Assembly: GCA_946621465.1 (NCBI GenBank)
Contig: CAMOOO010000001.1
Span: forward strand, 33,401-97,400
From: an uncultured Clostridia bacterium
GTDB lineage: Bacteria > Bacillota > Clostridia > Christensenellales > DTU072
Reading direction: 5' to 3'
DNA length: 64,000 nucleotides
Part shown: positions 1 through 10,150 of the stretch, piece after piece
Numbering within the stretch: position 1 is the first letter of the stretch
Layout: every line of letters starts with the position of its first letter
Made by a program: the position numbers and the translations under genes
The notes under the pieces: generated by a model
What the model saw: only the letters and a program-made list of their open reading frames with translations
The model's database searches: none
What the model was told of the DNA's origin: nothing

Positions 1-5
1 AATGG

Positions 6-3000
6 GTGGGAAAAACAAGGGTGATCAACACCTACGGACCAACCGAGTATACCGTCAATGCTTGTAGTTATGAATACGTCGGTTTGGAGTCTGAAAATAT
101 CCCGATAGGGGACCCAATCAATAATACACAGTTCTACGTTCTGTCTAAAGGAGACGCTATAAACGGACCGGGAATGCCAGGAGAACTTTGCATTGCCGGA
201 TGCGGTCTTTCGACAGGATACTTGCATAGAAAAGAACTCACCGACAAAAAGTTCGTTTCTCTATTCGGCGAAAAAATGTATCGAACGGGCGATCTTGCTT
301 ATTGGACGGACGAAGGAATACTATTTATCGACAGAATTGACAGCCAAGTAAAGATAAGAGGATTCAGAATCGAGCTTATGGAGATCGACGCCCATATAAG
401 GCGTATCGACGGGGTCAAAGACTGCTTTGTTTGCGTGGAAAAGATCGCTCGGGACAAAACCATTCTTGCCTACGTAGTCGGCTCTACCGAAAAGGACGTT
501 GCCGAAAAACTGCGCCGGACCCTGCCGGGATACATGGTGCCGCAATACGTTATTCCCATCGACAGGATACCTCGTTCGGTCAGCGGGAAAGTGGACAGAG
601 CCGCTCTGCCAAAGCCGCAGAAAAAGGCTCTTATGACGCTCCCGTTAACGGAAAAACAAAAGGTCGTTGCCGACGTATGGAAGAAGGTGCTTCAGATAGA
701 AGAAGTTTATTGCGAGGACGACTTTTTCGAGACGGGCGGCGACTCTATTAAAGCCATTCGTTTGTCGACGGGGCTTGACGCCGTCGGTCTTTTTGTCTCC
801 GTAAAAGAGGTCATGTCGGCAAGGACGCTAAAAAAGATTGCCGAGGTAGCTACCACCGTCCAATCGCCCGAAGAAAGCAAACGCTACGCGCTGGTGTCAG
901 AAGAGGATATCGCTATCGCAAATTATAAGTTCGGCGAAGAAAACATAGAGGATATCTACCCGACTGCCCCCCTTCAAGAGGGCATCTTATACCATGCCCT
1001 TTGCGACAAAAACAAACTGGAATACTTGGCGCAATTGGTTATAGAACTACCCGACCGTTTCGACGACTTACTATTAGAACAGAGCTTCCGGCTGCTGTTT
1101 GAAAAATACCCCGTCTTGCGTACTTCGTTTATTTGGACGGAGAAAGGGGGAATGCAGGTCATTCTTAAACACCGTCCCATCGAGTTTATTCGAGCGCGCG
1201 GAGACGTGGATGAAATTTGCGATAAGGATATTGAACGGGGCTTCGACTTAGAAAAAGACGCTCTTATGCGTATTCTGTACATTGAGGCGCCGGATAAAAA
1301 ATACATGGCGCAGACCTGCCACCACCTCATTTTGGACGGTTGGTCGGAGGCCCTTCTGTTAAGACAATTGCAAGCAATGTATCGACGGTTAGTCGGCGGA
1401 GAAAGCTACGAACAGATACTTGCTTCCATTAAGACGGAAACCGTCCCGTCCTATAAGTTCTTTGTAGAACGTATCGTTCGTAAAGACAGCGCCGCCGCGG
1501 AAAAACACTATAAGAGCCTCATGGAAAACTTCGACGGCGGATACGACTATCCGTCGAAAAAGGTCGGAAAGTACTTGCAGGACAAGGCTTGCGAAAAAAG
1601 GTTCCGAATTGCAACGGACATGATTGGTTTAGCTAAGCGCTATGCCACCACCGAGTCCGTACTCTATCAGACGGCGTGGGGTATTGTACTCGGCATCACG
1701 AACAGAACGGGCGATATCGTTTTTGGTAACGTCATTTCGGGCAGAGCGGAAAGGATACCGGAGATAGAAAAAATAGCCGGTATGTGTATTAACACTGTTC
1801 CCGTTCGGGTGCGATTTAAGGATGATACGACGGTAGAAGAAGTTATAAACGAGATAGCAAAACAGCATTCCGATAACGCCGAATACGGGTTTTTACCGTT
1901 GGCGACCACCGCTCCCCATATTGGGACAATTACCGTAATGGAGTACTTCGATCAGGAATACGAGGCGGTCATTTACCGATTTATAAACCAAACCTCCTAC
2001 GATATGGAGTTGAACTATAAGACGCGCACGGGCGAATGCGTTTTCAGGTACAACGGCTCTCGGTATGACGAAAAGGAGATCGATAAACTGATCGGCTACT
2101 TTATCGCAGTCACCTCCGCTTTGACTATTCCTTCGACAGCAGTTAAAGATTGCTTGCCCTTAACGCCCGAAGAAGAAAACGTTTTCAATGCGATACGAAA
2201 CCGCATTGTCAATAAAAAGAAGAAAAAAGAACTTACTTTCGAGCCGTTGCAAACGGAAAAGGAAAGGACGGTGGCGGAATGTATCGGAGAACTGCTTTCT
2301 TTGGATGTTCAGAGTAGAAACGACGACTTCTTTGCTTTGGGCGGTGACTCCATTAAGGTCATCCGCTTGGTATCCGTCCTGCGCAAAAAAGGGTTTGTTA
2401 TCGACGTAAAACAGATCATGACCCTTCGGACGGTAGCAAGGATAGCAGGGGCTTTGAAAAAAGCGAAAGATATCAGCGAGCTTAAAGCAGATAAAATCGG
2501 CTCCGGCGTCACCCCGGCGGATTGCCTCTACGCACAGACCAAATACGGACGGGAGAACGTGGAGAGTATCTTCCGCTTGACTCCGCTACAAGAGGGTATG
2601 CTCTATCACGTTCTACGCGACGTGAACAATCCGGAATACGATACGCAAATCGTCATCGAGGTCCATCACGTTGATTTGCAAATAATAAAACGCGTTCTGG
2701 AACTATTGGCAGACAATTACGAAGTATTAAGGAGCAACTTTATCTGGACGGAAAACGGAGCGCGGCAGGTCATTCTGAAAAACAGGCGCCCGGAACTTTC
2801 CGTACATAAAGGAGATATTTTCGAGATTGCCGATTGGGATCTGAAAAAAGGCTTCGATATTGAACAGGATCCCTTGTTCCGCGTGCTGTACGTCGAAGAC
2901 GGGGATAAAAAATATTTAATTCAAAACGCCCACCACCTTATTCTCGACGGCTGGTCGAACGGGATTATTTTTGAAAAATTCAACGCCCTTTACCGAAAGA

Positions 3001-6000
3001 TAAAAAAAGCGCTACCGGTTGACGGACTTTTGCCCAAAGAAAGGGCTTTCCGCGACTACGTCGAGTACCTTCATAAAAAGGACCGGTCGGAGGCAGAAAG
3101 GTATTATAGCGAGTTATTACGCGACTTCCACGGCGGTTATGAGTATCCTTCCGAAGGAGAAAAAAGACCTCTTGAGAGGGCGGTAGAGTATACGGCCGAC
3201 ATTCCCGTCAATATCGCGGATTTGGCAAAAGAACTGTCGGTAACGGAGCCTATCTTATTGCAAACGGCATGGGGGATCGTACTGGGGGTGACAAACGGTA
3301 CGAACGACGCGCTGTTTGGCAACGTTATTTCCGGCAGGGACGCAGGCATTAAGGGAATAGAGGATATGGTAGGTATGTTCATTAACACCGTTCCCGTCCG
3401 CGTACGCTTTGACCAAAAGACCACTTTCTTAGAGGTAATTAAAGAAGTGGAAAGGCAGAACGTTGAGAACGTTGAGTACGGATATCTGCCCATATCGACC
3501 TACGGAAAGGAAATAGGTACGGTCACCGTATTTAATAACTTCGGTCAGAATTTCAACTTCGTTCAGAAGGTCCGCGTCACCGATCAGACGGGGTACGACC
3601 TTGAATTGGAAAGGAACGAAACGGGATCACACTATATATTACGCTACAACGCGGCGCGGTATAAAAAAGAGGAGATCGAGCGGCTTACTAAACTTATTGG
3701 CGAGATCCTTAAAATAATAGCGGAGAACGCCGATATCTCCGTAGGCAACGCCAATTTGTTATCCGACGAAGAAATAGCTCACTTCCACCGCATAAGCCGC
3801 TCCGACGTCGCTATCTGTGAGCAAGCAGAAGAACCGATAAATACCCAAAAAGAAAAACTGATCGCATCGGCAGTAGAAGAATTACTTTCCGTAGAAGTCC
3901 GGTCGGCAAACGACGACTTCTTTGCTTTGGGCGGCGACTCCATAAAAGCTATTCGCCTCTCGGCAAAGATGCGTGAAAAGGGATATAAACTGACGGTAAA
4001 AGACATATCGGACGCAAGGACGATTGCAAAAATGGCGGCGGCGAGCGAGTCTTCTAAAGAGATCACCGTGTCCGCCTGCGGGGCCATTCCGCAAACACCG
4101 GTAATAAGGGATTTCTTTAAACGGGAGTATCCCAATCCCGATGGATATTTGCAAGAAGTTCTTTTCTGCGTTCCGGGCGAAGAAAAAGAGTATCGAAAGG
4201 CCGTTCGCATGCTTTACGAACACCATGATATTTTGCGCGCCGAGTACAGAAAGGACGGGTTGTTCGTGCCGCCGGTAGGGGAGAGCAAACCGCTCGTGTT
4301 TATTACGGAAAAAACGGACGACGTTCTGAAAAAATGCGCCGAGATCCGTAAAAAAATATCGCTGACAGGGACGCTTTTTATTGCGGCGTATATCAGGGGA
4401 GAGAAAAACTATCTCTACCTCTGCGCCCACCACCTCATCATCGACGGCGTTTCCTGGCGAATTATTGCCGAAGACCTCTACACCGCCGTAACTTTCGGTA
4501 AACTTCCGCCAAAGACCACTTCCTACCTTGCTTGGGCGAAGAAATGCGAAAGCGGCGTCAAGGTGTCGGAAAAAGAGGAAAACTACTGGGCGAACGTAGA
4601 AAGATCCATTTTGCCGATCTTCCCTAAAGAAAAATATGCGCCCGTTCGCATTAAACTTACTATTGACAAAGAAACGACCAAAAGGATAGTCAAAAACGGC
4701 GGTCGGAAATACGACGTTCGACCGGACCTTCCTATGGCAACGGCCCTTGTCAGATCGATCGGGAAACTGTATAAAACGGACGAAGTTCCCGTCTTAATGG
4801 AAAGCTATGGCAGACAGAACCTCTTTGATAACGTCGACCTTTCCCGGACGGTAGGGTGGTTTACTTCTTATTATCCGGTGATATTCTCCATTGCCGGTTT
4901 GCCACAGGAATGTCTACTGGAAAACAAAGAGCGATTGATGTCGGTGCCGGATGACGGTATAAGATACCAGTTCCTGACGGGCGGAAACAGCGCGCCGGAA
5001 GTTATTATCAACTATATGGGGACGTACGACGGCGAAGTAAAAGGCGCCGAGTTATGTCGTTTGCCCGAGATCGAAGATAACCCGGAACGGGAAAAACTGG
5101 ACCTGGAAGGAGAGATCGTAAACGGCGAACTGAACCTATCGTTCCGCTTCAACGGCGTATCGGAAGAAGACGCAAAGAAAGTAGTCGAGCTATGGAAGGA
5201 AGAATTCGACAGCCTGGCGGAACTATTCGACGAAGGTAAGAAGGTTTATTCCCCGGCGGACGTAGGATATCCGGGAATGAATAAAGAGGACTTTGCGGAA
5301 GTACTTATACGTCATCCCATTCGTATCGCGCCCTTGACGCCGACCCAACAGGGGATGATTTACCATTCGGAATCGGATGGACAAAAGTATCTGGAACAGA
5401 CCATTTTGCGCCTTCCTTTTGCGCCCGAAAAACAGCGTACGAAAGAAGTCATCCGTGCTATAATGCAAAAGCACGCCGTTTTCCGTACCGAGTATATTCG
5501 TTGCGCGAGTGGCAATATCTATCAATACGTGGTCGAAAAAAGTTCGGTTGTCGTATCGGAAACGGAAGACTGGGAAGAGCGCGCATCAGAAAGAATAGCC
5601 GAGGGCATTTCTCCCTTTGACGGCGTTCCGATAAGGATTGACATCGATAAGGATGTCCTTGTTATTTCCTCTCATCATATCGCCTGGGACGCTTGGTCGG
5701 AAAGAATATTTATTGATGAATTTGAGAAACTATATAAAGAAGAAAAGTATCCCAAACAGAAAGAAACAGCCTCTTTTTGCGAGTATGCCTCCGGGTATGG
5801 GTACAGACAAACCAGACTGGATTATTCTTATTGGGTGAATTTGGTCAGCGGAGCCAAAGATACCTTTGTTCCTTCGCATGGCAAAGGGGAAAACGGAGAA
5901 GTAAAGAGAATTTCTCGCTACGTTGATCTATCCTATAAAATAACCAAGTTCTCGCGTGAAAACGGTATTACCGAAAACACTTTCTTCGAGGCGGCAACGG

Positions 6001-8726
6001 CACGGTTTTTGCAGATCGTATGCAGGGCGCAGGACGTACTGTTTGGGAAGGTCGTTTCAGGTAGGGACGATAAAACGACGTCCGCTATCGGAATGTACAT
6101 TTCCACTTTGCCCGTTCGTGTATCGGTATCCGGACCGCAAGAAATTTTGCGAGAGGTTTATCGGCAGGGCATGGAATCGGAACGGCACGAAAGTTGTCCG
6201 CTTTCGGAGATATTCTCCCGCGCCAAGCTGACAGACCCGATGGGTGTTCTTTTCGTGTACGACAGTATGGAAGGCGTCGATAAGATAGATCTTATCCGCG
6301 TCCGTGACAGCACCAACTACGGACTTACCATTGCCGTAACCAAAGAAGAAGGATTCGTTGTCGACATCTCCTTTAACGACGAGTATCTATCGGAAGAGAT
6401 CGAGTCGCTACTGTCCCTCTATCTCGACTGCTGCAGAGAACTAATAGGTATTCCGCGTCAAATTATCAGTGAGGTAACGGGGAACAAGAAAGTTTACCCC
6501 GACACTTTAACAAGCCTATGGAAGGACAATAAACCGTTTAAACTTATCGCCGATAAAGAATGCAAAAAAGTGCGCGAAAAGGCGGAGAGTCTGTCGGCGT
6601 ACCTAAGCAAACGCTCAAAAGGCGGAGTTATTGGCGTTCAATGCGAACGCGGAGTCAATATGATAATTGCTTTGTACGCGGTCGTCATTTCGGGGAACGC
6701 TTATATGCCCATTCCTGTAGACGGACCGGACGAAAGAATGGAATTTATGCGCAAGGATGCCAACGTAAAAATCGTTCTTGACGATGAATTTATGAATTCT
6801 TTTGTCTACGATAACGAGAGCTATATTGCCGACGTAAGCGGAGAAGATATCTGCTACGTTATTTATACCTCCGGGTCCACGGGCAAACCCAAAGGGGTCA
6901 AAGTTTCTCACGCGGCGATAGCAAACAGACTGTGCTGGATGGAAGACAAATATCCGCTTGAGGGGGGCGTCATCCTGCAAAAAACGCCGTATACTTTCGA
7001 CGTTTCCGTATGGGAAATTTTCCGTCCCGTACTTTTTGGTGGCACCCTCGTACTCATTCCGCCCAAGATGCACGCCGATCCGATGACGATAGCAAATTAC
7101 GTCGAAAAATATAAAGTAACGCAACTTCATTTTGTACCGTCCGTGTACGATCTGTATTTGGAACAAGTTAAGGGGAAAGAAGTGTTTGCAGTAAAGGATG
7201 TTTTCCTCTCCGGCGAGAAACTGTCTGCAAAAACGGTTAAGCGTCATTATGAGGTTTATAAAGAGGGGTCTAGCCTTCATAACCTTTACGGTCCGACGGA
7301 ATGCGCTGTTGACGTGACGTATTATGATTGCGACGGTACGGAAAACGACGTGCCTATCGGCGCGCCCATTGATAACGTAACCGTTTCCCTTCAATGGAAC
7401 GGTTATGCTTTACCTTGCTACGTTGAGGGCGAGATCGTTGCCGGAGGCAGAGGGGTAGGAGCCGGTTACGTCGGAGAAGAGCAGGGTGGTTTTGTTGGCG
7501 GCACGTACTATACCGGAGATATCGGTTGGCAAGATGAAAGGGGCAATATCCACTTCGTCGGGAGAAAGGACAGACAGATTAAACTCCACGGCTTGCGGAT
7601 AGAGCCGGGTGAAATAGAATGGATTATCGGTAATACCCCCGGGGTGCGCGACGCCGTCGTGGAGTATGTTTCCGATGAAAAGAAAGGCGGTTATCTTTGC
7701 ACTTTTGTCGTTGCGGACAGATCGGTAGAAAAGGATATCCGGGCGAGATTGCCCGAGAATATGACGCCGAGTAAAATACTCTTTGTCGACGCTATACCGC
7801 TAACAGAGAACGGAAAGCGCGACCTTACGGCGCTTCTGGAAGAAGGCACCGTCCAAAACGACGTTTTGTTGCAGCCGGCGGAGAAGCAACTTCTCGACGC
7901 CGTCTGCCAGGTCGCGCCCTCGGTCGGCTTCGACACCCCCCTTATCGAGGCAGGCGTCTCCAGCTTCGACCGCATAAGGATCGCAACCAAGGTTGCGCCC
8001 TTCGGCTATACCTATAACGACGTTATTCGCGTTGATACGGTACGGGAACTGTATGAAAAGGGAAGAAAGGAGTATTTCTTCCGGTACACCTCCGGCAATA
8101 AAAACGCCCTTGTTTGTATACCTTATGCCGGAGCGACGGGGCGGATATTCAGCTCTGTCAGCATTCCCGGTTGCGACGTATATGCCGCTATCCGATGCGC
8201 GTTCGAGGGAGAGGACTGGGAAAAGGCGAAAGAGGAATGGAAAGCAATCGTCCGTCGGTACGAAAAGGTCTACGTCTACGCCCACTGTTTGGGGACGATG
8301 ACGGCATTGAAACTTATGACCGTTGCCGAGGTAACCGGGGCTTTCTTCGGGGCGCACGTTCCCGACGCTATCTCTTCCATTTTCGGGAGACCTATAGACG
8401 TATGGAAAAAGGCCTCCGATAAAAAGATCGTTACGGGACTGCAAAAAGCAGGACTTATGACGGATGATGGGAGCTTCGCCTCTCTCTTCCGCGCCGACGC
8501 GTCAATCGCTTCTCGCATTGAAGCGCAGAAGCCCACCGTTGACGCTCCCGTAACAGTGGTTCTTGCTAAAAACGATCCGCTGACGAAAATCGACAAAGCG
8601 GATATCCGTTGGAAGAAATTCCTCCGCGGCACGGTCAACATCGTCGTACTTCCGGATAAAAATCACTATTTTATCGAAGAAGCGGATTTTTCCGAAATAC
8701 TGAGCGAACTTATGAGGAATAAATGA
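6..8726 (+). CDS. Non-ribosomal peptide synthetase, 5'-truncated by the window: (A)-T-C-T-C-T-E-C-A(Ser)-T-TE
   Basis: A motifs NTYGPTE, GELCIAG, YRTGDL, QVKIRGFRIEL, SGKVDR. PCP GGDSI at ~735, ~2340 and ~3930. C HHLILDGWS at ~1320 and ~2931, HHIAWDAWS at ~5673. E HHLIIDGVSW and RTVGWFTSYYP. Second A has YTSGSTGKPKG and FDVSVWE. Terminal alpha/beta-hydrolase CIPYAG...AHCLG...NHYF. Frame is open to the left edge. Confidence 0.97.
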   Translation: MGKTRVINTYGPTEYTVNACSYEYVGLESENIPIGDPINNTQFYVLSKGDAINGPGMPGELCIAGCGLSTGYLHRKELTDKKFVSLFGEKMYRTGDLAYWTDEGILFIDRIDSQVKIRGFRIELMEIDAHIRRIDGVKDCFVCVEKIARDKTILAYVVGSTEKDVAEKLRRTLPGYMVPQYVIPIDRIPRSVSGKVDRAALPKPQKKALMTLPLTEKQKVVADVWKKVLQIEEVYCEDDFFETGGDSIKAIRLSTGLDAVGLFVSVKEVMSARTLKKIAEVATTVQSPEESKRYALVSEEDIAIANYKFGEENIEDIYPTAPLQEGILYHALCDKNKLEYLAQLVIELPDRFDDLLLEQSFRLLFEKYPVLRTSFIWTEKGGMQVILKHRPIEFIRARGDVDEICDKDIERGFDLEKDALMRILYIEAPDKKYMAQTCHHLILDGWSEALLLRQLQAMYRRLVGGESYEQILASIKTETVPSYKFFVERIVRKDSAAAEKHYKSLMENFDGGYDYPSKKVGKYLQDKACEKRFRIATDMIGLAKRYATTESVLYQTAWGIVLGITNRTGDIVFGNVISGRAERIPEIEKIAGMCINTVPVRVRFKDDTTVEEVINEIAKQHSDNAEYGFLPLATTAPHIGTITVMEYFDQEYEAVIYRFINQTSYDMELNYKTRTGECVFRYNGSRYDEKEIDKLIGYFIAVTSALTIPSTAVKDCLPLTPEEENVFNAIRNRIVNKKKKKELTFEPLQTEKERTVAECIGELLSLDVQSRNDDFFALGGDSIKVIRLVSVLRKKGFVIDVKQIMTLRTVARIAGALKKAKDISELKADKIGSGVTPADCLYAQTKYGRENVESIFRLTPLQEGMLYHVLRDVNNPEYDTQIVIEVHHVDLQIIKRVLELLADNYEVLRSNFIWTENGARQVILKNRRPELSVHKGDIFEIADWDLKKGFDIEQDPLFRVLYVEDGDKKYLIQNAHHLILDGWSNGIIFEKFNALYRKIKKALPVDGLLPKERAFRDYVEYLHKKDRSEAERYYSELLRDFHGGYEYPSEGEKRPLERAVEYTADIPVNIADLAKELSVTEPILLQTAWGIVLGVTNGTNDALFGNVISGRDAGIKGIEDMVGMFINTVPVRVRFDQKTTFLEVIKEVERQNVENVEYGYLPISTYGKEIGTVTVFNNFGQNFNFVQKVRVTDQTGYDLELERNETGSHYILRYNAARYKKEEIERLTKLIGEILKIIAENADISVGNANLLSDEEIAHFHRISRSDVAICEQAEEPINTQKEKLIASAVEELLSVEVRSANDDFFALGGDSIKAIRLSAKMREKGYKLTVKDISDARTIAKMAAASESSKEITVSACGAIPQTPVIRDFFKREYPNPDGYLQEVLFCVPGEEKEYRKAVRMLYEHHDILRAEYRKDGLFVPPVGESKPLVFITEKTDDVLKKCAEIRKKISLTGTLFIAAYIRGEKNYLYLCAHHLIIDGVSWRIIAEDLYTAVTFGKLPPKTTSYLAWAKKCESGVKVSEKEENYWANVERSILPIFPKEKYAPVRIKLTIDKETTKRIVKNGGRKYDVRPDLPMATALVRSIGKLYKTDEVPVLMESYGRQNLFDNVDLSRTVGWFTSYYPVIFSIAGLPQECLLENKERLMSVPDDGIRYQFLTGGNSAPEVIINYMGTYDGEVKGAELCRLPEIEDNPEREKLDLEGEIVNGELNLSFRFNGVSEEDAKKVVELWKEEFDSLAELFDEGKKVYSPADVGYPGMNKEDFAEVLIRHPIRIAPLTPTQQGMIYHSESDGQKYLEQTILRLPFAPEKQRTKEVIRAIMQKHAVFRTEYIRCASGNIYQYVVEKSSVVVSETEDWEERASERIAEGISPFDGVPIRIDIDKDVLVISSHHIAWDAWSERIFIDEFEKLYKEEKYPKQKETASFCEYASGYGYRQTRLDYSYWVNLVSGAKDTFVPSHGKGENGEVKRISRYVDLSYKITKFSRENGITENTFFEAATARFLQIVCRAQDVLFGKVVSGRDDKTTSAIGMYISTLPVRVSVSGPQEILREVYRQGMESERHESCPLSEIFSRAKLTDPMGVLFVYDSMEGVDKIDLIRVRDSTNYGLTIAVTKEEGFVVDISFNDEYLSEEIESLLSLYLDCCRELIGIPRQIISEVTGNKKVYPDTLTSLWKDNKPFKLIADKECKKVREKAESLSAYLSKRSKGGVIGVQCERGVNMIIALYAVVISGNAYMPIPVDGPDERMEFMRKDANVKIVLDDEFMNSFVYDNESYIADVSGEDICYVIYTSGSTGKPKGVKVSHAAIANRLCWMEDKYPLEGGVILQKTPYTFDVSVWEIFRPVLFGGTLVLIPPKMHADPMTIANYVEKYKVTQLHFVPSVYDLYLEQVKGKEVFAVKDVFLSGEKLSAKTVKRHYEVYKEGSSLHNLYGPTECAVDVTYYDCDGTENDVPIGAPIDNVTVSLQWNGYALPCYVEGEIVAGGRGVGAGYVGEEQGGFVGGTYYTGDIGWQDERGNIHFVGRKDRQIKLHGLRIEPGEIEWIIGNTPGVRDAVVEYVSDEKKGGYLCTFVVADRSVEKDIRARLPENMTPSKILFVDAIPLTENGKRDLTALLEEGTVQNDVLLQPAEKQLLDAVCQVAPSVGFDTPLIEAGVSSFDRIRIATKVAPFGYTYNDVIRVDTVRELYEKGRKEYFFRYTSGNKNALVCIPYAGATGRIFSSVSIPGCDVYAAIRCAFEGEDWEKAKEEWKAIVRRYEKVYVYAHCLGTMTALKLMTVAEVTGAFFGAHVPDAISSIFGRPIDVWKKASDKKIVTGLQKAGLMTDDGSFASLFRADASIASRIEAQKPTVDAPVTVVLAKNDPLTKIDKADIRWKKFLRGTVNIVVLPDKNHYFIEEADFSEILSELMRNK
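2318..2353 (+). repeat. Internal NRPS repeat, copy 1 (PCP core); 35/36 identical to 3908-3943
   Basis: aaacgacgacttctttgctttgggcggtgactccat versus ...ggcggcgactccat. Confidence 0.85.
3908..3943 (+). repeat. Internal NRPS repeat, copy 2 (PCP core)
   Basis: Near-identical to 2318-2353, 1590 nt downstream. Confidence 0.85.
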
Positions 8727-10150
8727 AAGATAAAAAAGTAGTATCGCTAAAAGAGTATTTTTCCTACGGAGCAGGGGGGCTTGGAAAAGGCGTCCTTGAT
8801 TCCTTCGTCGTATTGTTCGTCCTGATTTATTTTACCGACGCGGTAAAGATTTCTCCGATCTCCGCCGGTATTATCATCGCCGTTTCCAAAATTATCGTTA
8901 TGTTACTTTTGCCTTTTGCCGGTGTAAAAATGGACGGCGGCAAGTCTAAGTGGGGCAGATTCAGACCCTATATTTTGTGGCTTTCATTCGTTATGGGAAT
9001 AATGACGTCCGTCCTTTTTATTGCCCCGACTATCTACGGCGTGGAAAAAGAAGGAGCAAAAGTCGCCCTCTGTTTTATCGCTTACTTGTTGTGGGAAACG
9101 TCATTTAATCTGCACGACGTTCCTTTTTGGTCCCTTGCTTCCGTTGTCTCTGATAAGGAAGGAGAACGCTCCGCCTTTTTGGCGATAGCAAACGTCGTAA
9201 CAACGCTCGCCGGCGTCGTCCCCGTTATTGCCGTTCCTTTTTTGACCGAACAATTCGGTAACGTGTGCGGCTACCTTTATAGCGGATTGATTTTTGGGCT
9301 GGGGGGCGGCATCCTTGCAGCAACGACTTTCTTCGGAACGAAAGAACGGATAACCGTAAATGATAAAAAGGTTACCCTAAAAGAAAGTTTTTCGGCACTC
9401 TTTACAACTAAACCTATGTTCGTATTCGACGGCGCGCTTCTTCTTTCGGCAACCGTCTTTGCCGCCAGAGAAGTCAGCACCTACGCCGGAAAATATCTCT
9501 ACGGTAGCGCGGACGGATACGTCCTTTATCCGGGCGGGGGGACATCATTTTTGCCGTCCGAACTTTTTTTGACCGTACTTGTAGTTCTTGTCGGCGCAGG
9601 ACTTCTTATTGGCGACAGTATCTTTCCTTTGGTCTTTAAAAAAGCCGGCTTAAAAAAGTCCTATTTTATTTTTTCTTGCTTAGGTATCGTTACTTGTGTT
9701 ATAATGTATCTGTTGGGATTCGACAGATGGGGCAAGGTGTCCTTCTTCCTGTTTTTGACCTTCTACCTTATCATCGGTATTTTCGGCGGTGTGTTTGAAT
9801 CAATGAAAAGCAATCTCATTCCCGAATGCGCCGATTACAGCGAATGGAAAACGGGAGTGAGACGAGACGGCACCTTTTTCTCGGCACAAGTGATGTTCTC
9901 TCAGTTATTGGAAACAGTCCCCGTCCTCGCCGTTTCTATCGTATTACAGTGTTGCGGTTATAACGACTCCATGGCGGTCTTTGAGCAGTCGGAGAGTGTA
10001 AAACAGGGGATCTTTATCGCCGCTACCCTCATCCCGGCGGGGGGAATGATCCTCGGTCTCGTTCCTGCGTTCTTCTATTCGTACACCGGAAAAACGCGTG
10101 AAAGGATCAGGGCGGAATTATCGGAAAGGAGAAGCGTATCAAATGATTAA
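8723..10150 (+). CDS. MFS transporter, glycoside-pentoside-hexuronide (MelB/GPH) family
   Basis: About 12 hydrophobic segments; SKWGRFRPYIL, DVPFWSL, TKER and ADYSEWKTGVRRDG are GPH-type motifs; ATGA overlap with the NRPS stop. Confidence 0.9.
   Translation: MKDKKVVSLKEYFSYGAGGLGKGVLDSFVVLFVLIYFTDAVKISPISAGIIIAVSKIIVMLLLPFAGVKMDGGKSKWGRFRPYILWLSFVMGIMTSVLFIAPTIYGVEKEGAKVALCFIAYLLWETSFNLHDVPFWSLASVVSDKEGERSAFLAIANVVTTLAGVVPVIAVPFLTEQFGNVCGYLYSGLIFGLGGGILAATTFFGTKERITVNDKKVTLKESFSALFTTKPMFVFDGALLLSATVFAAREVSTYAGKYLYGSADGYVLYPGGGTSFLPSELFLTVLVVLVGAGLLIGDSIFPLVFKKAGLKKSYFIFSCLGIVTCVIMYLLGFDRWGKVSFFLFLTFYLIIGIFGGVFESMKSNLIPECADYSEWKTGVRRDGTFFSAQVMFSQLLETVPVLAVSIVLQCCGYNDSMAVFEQSESVKQGIFIAATLIPAGGMILGLVPAFFYSYTGKTRERIRAELSERRSVSND

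Noticed and set aside
6615-8444. Antisense ORFs inside the NRPS as possible hidden trans-acting A domain or MbtH
   Set aside because: No A-domain or MbtH motifs in any of them.
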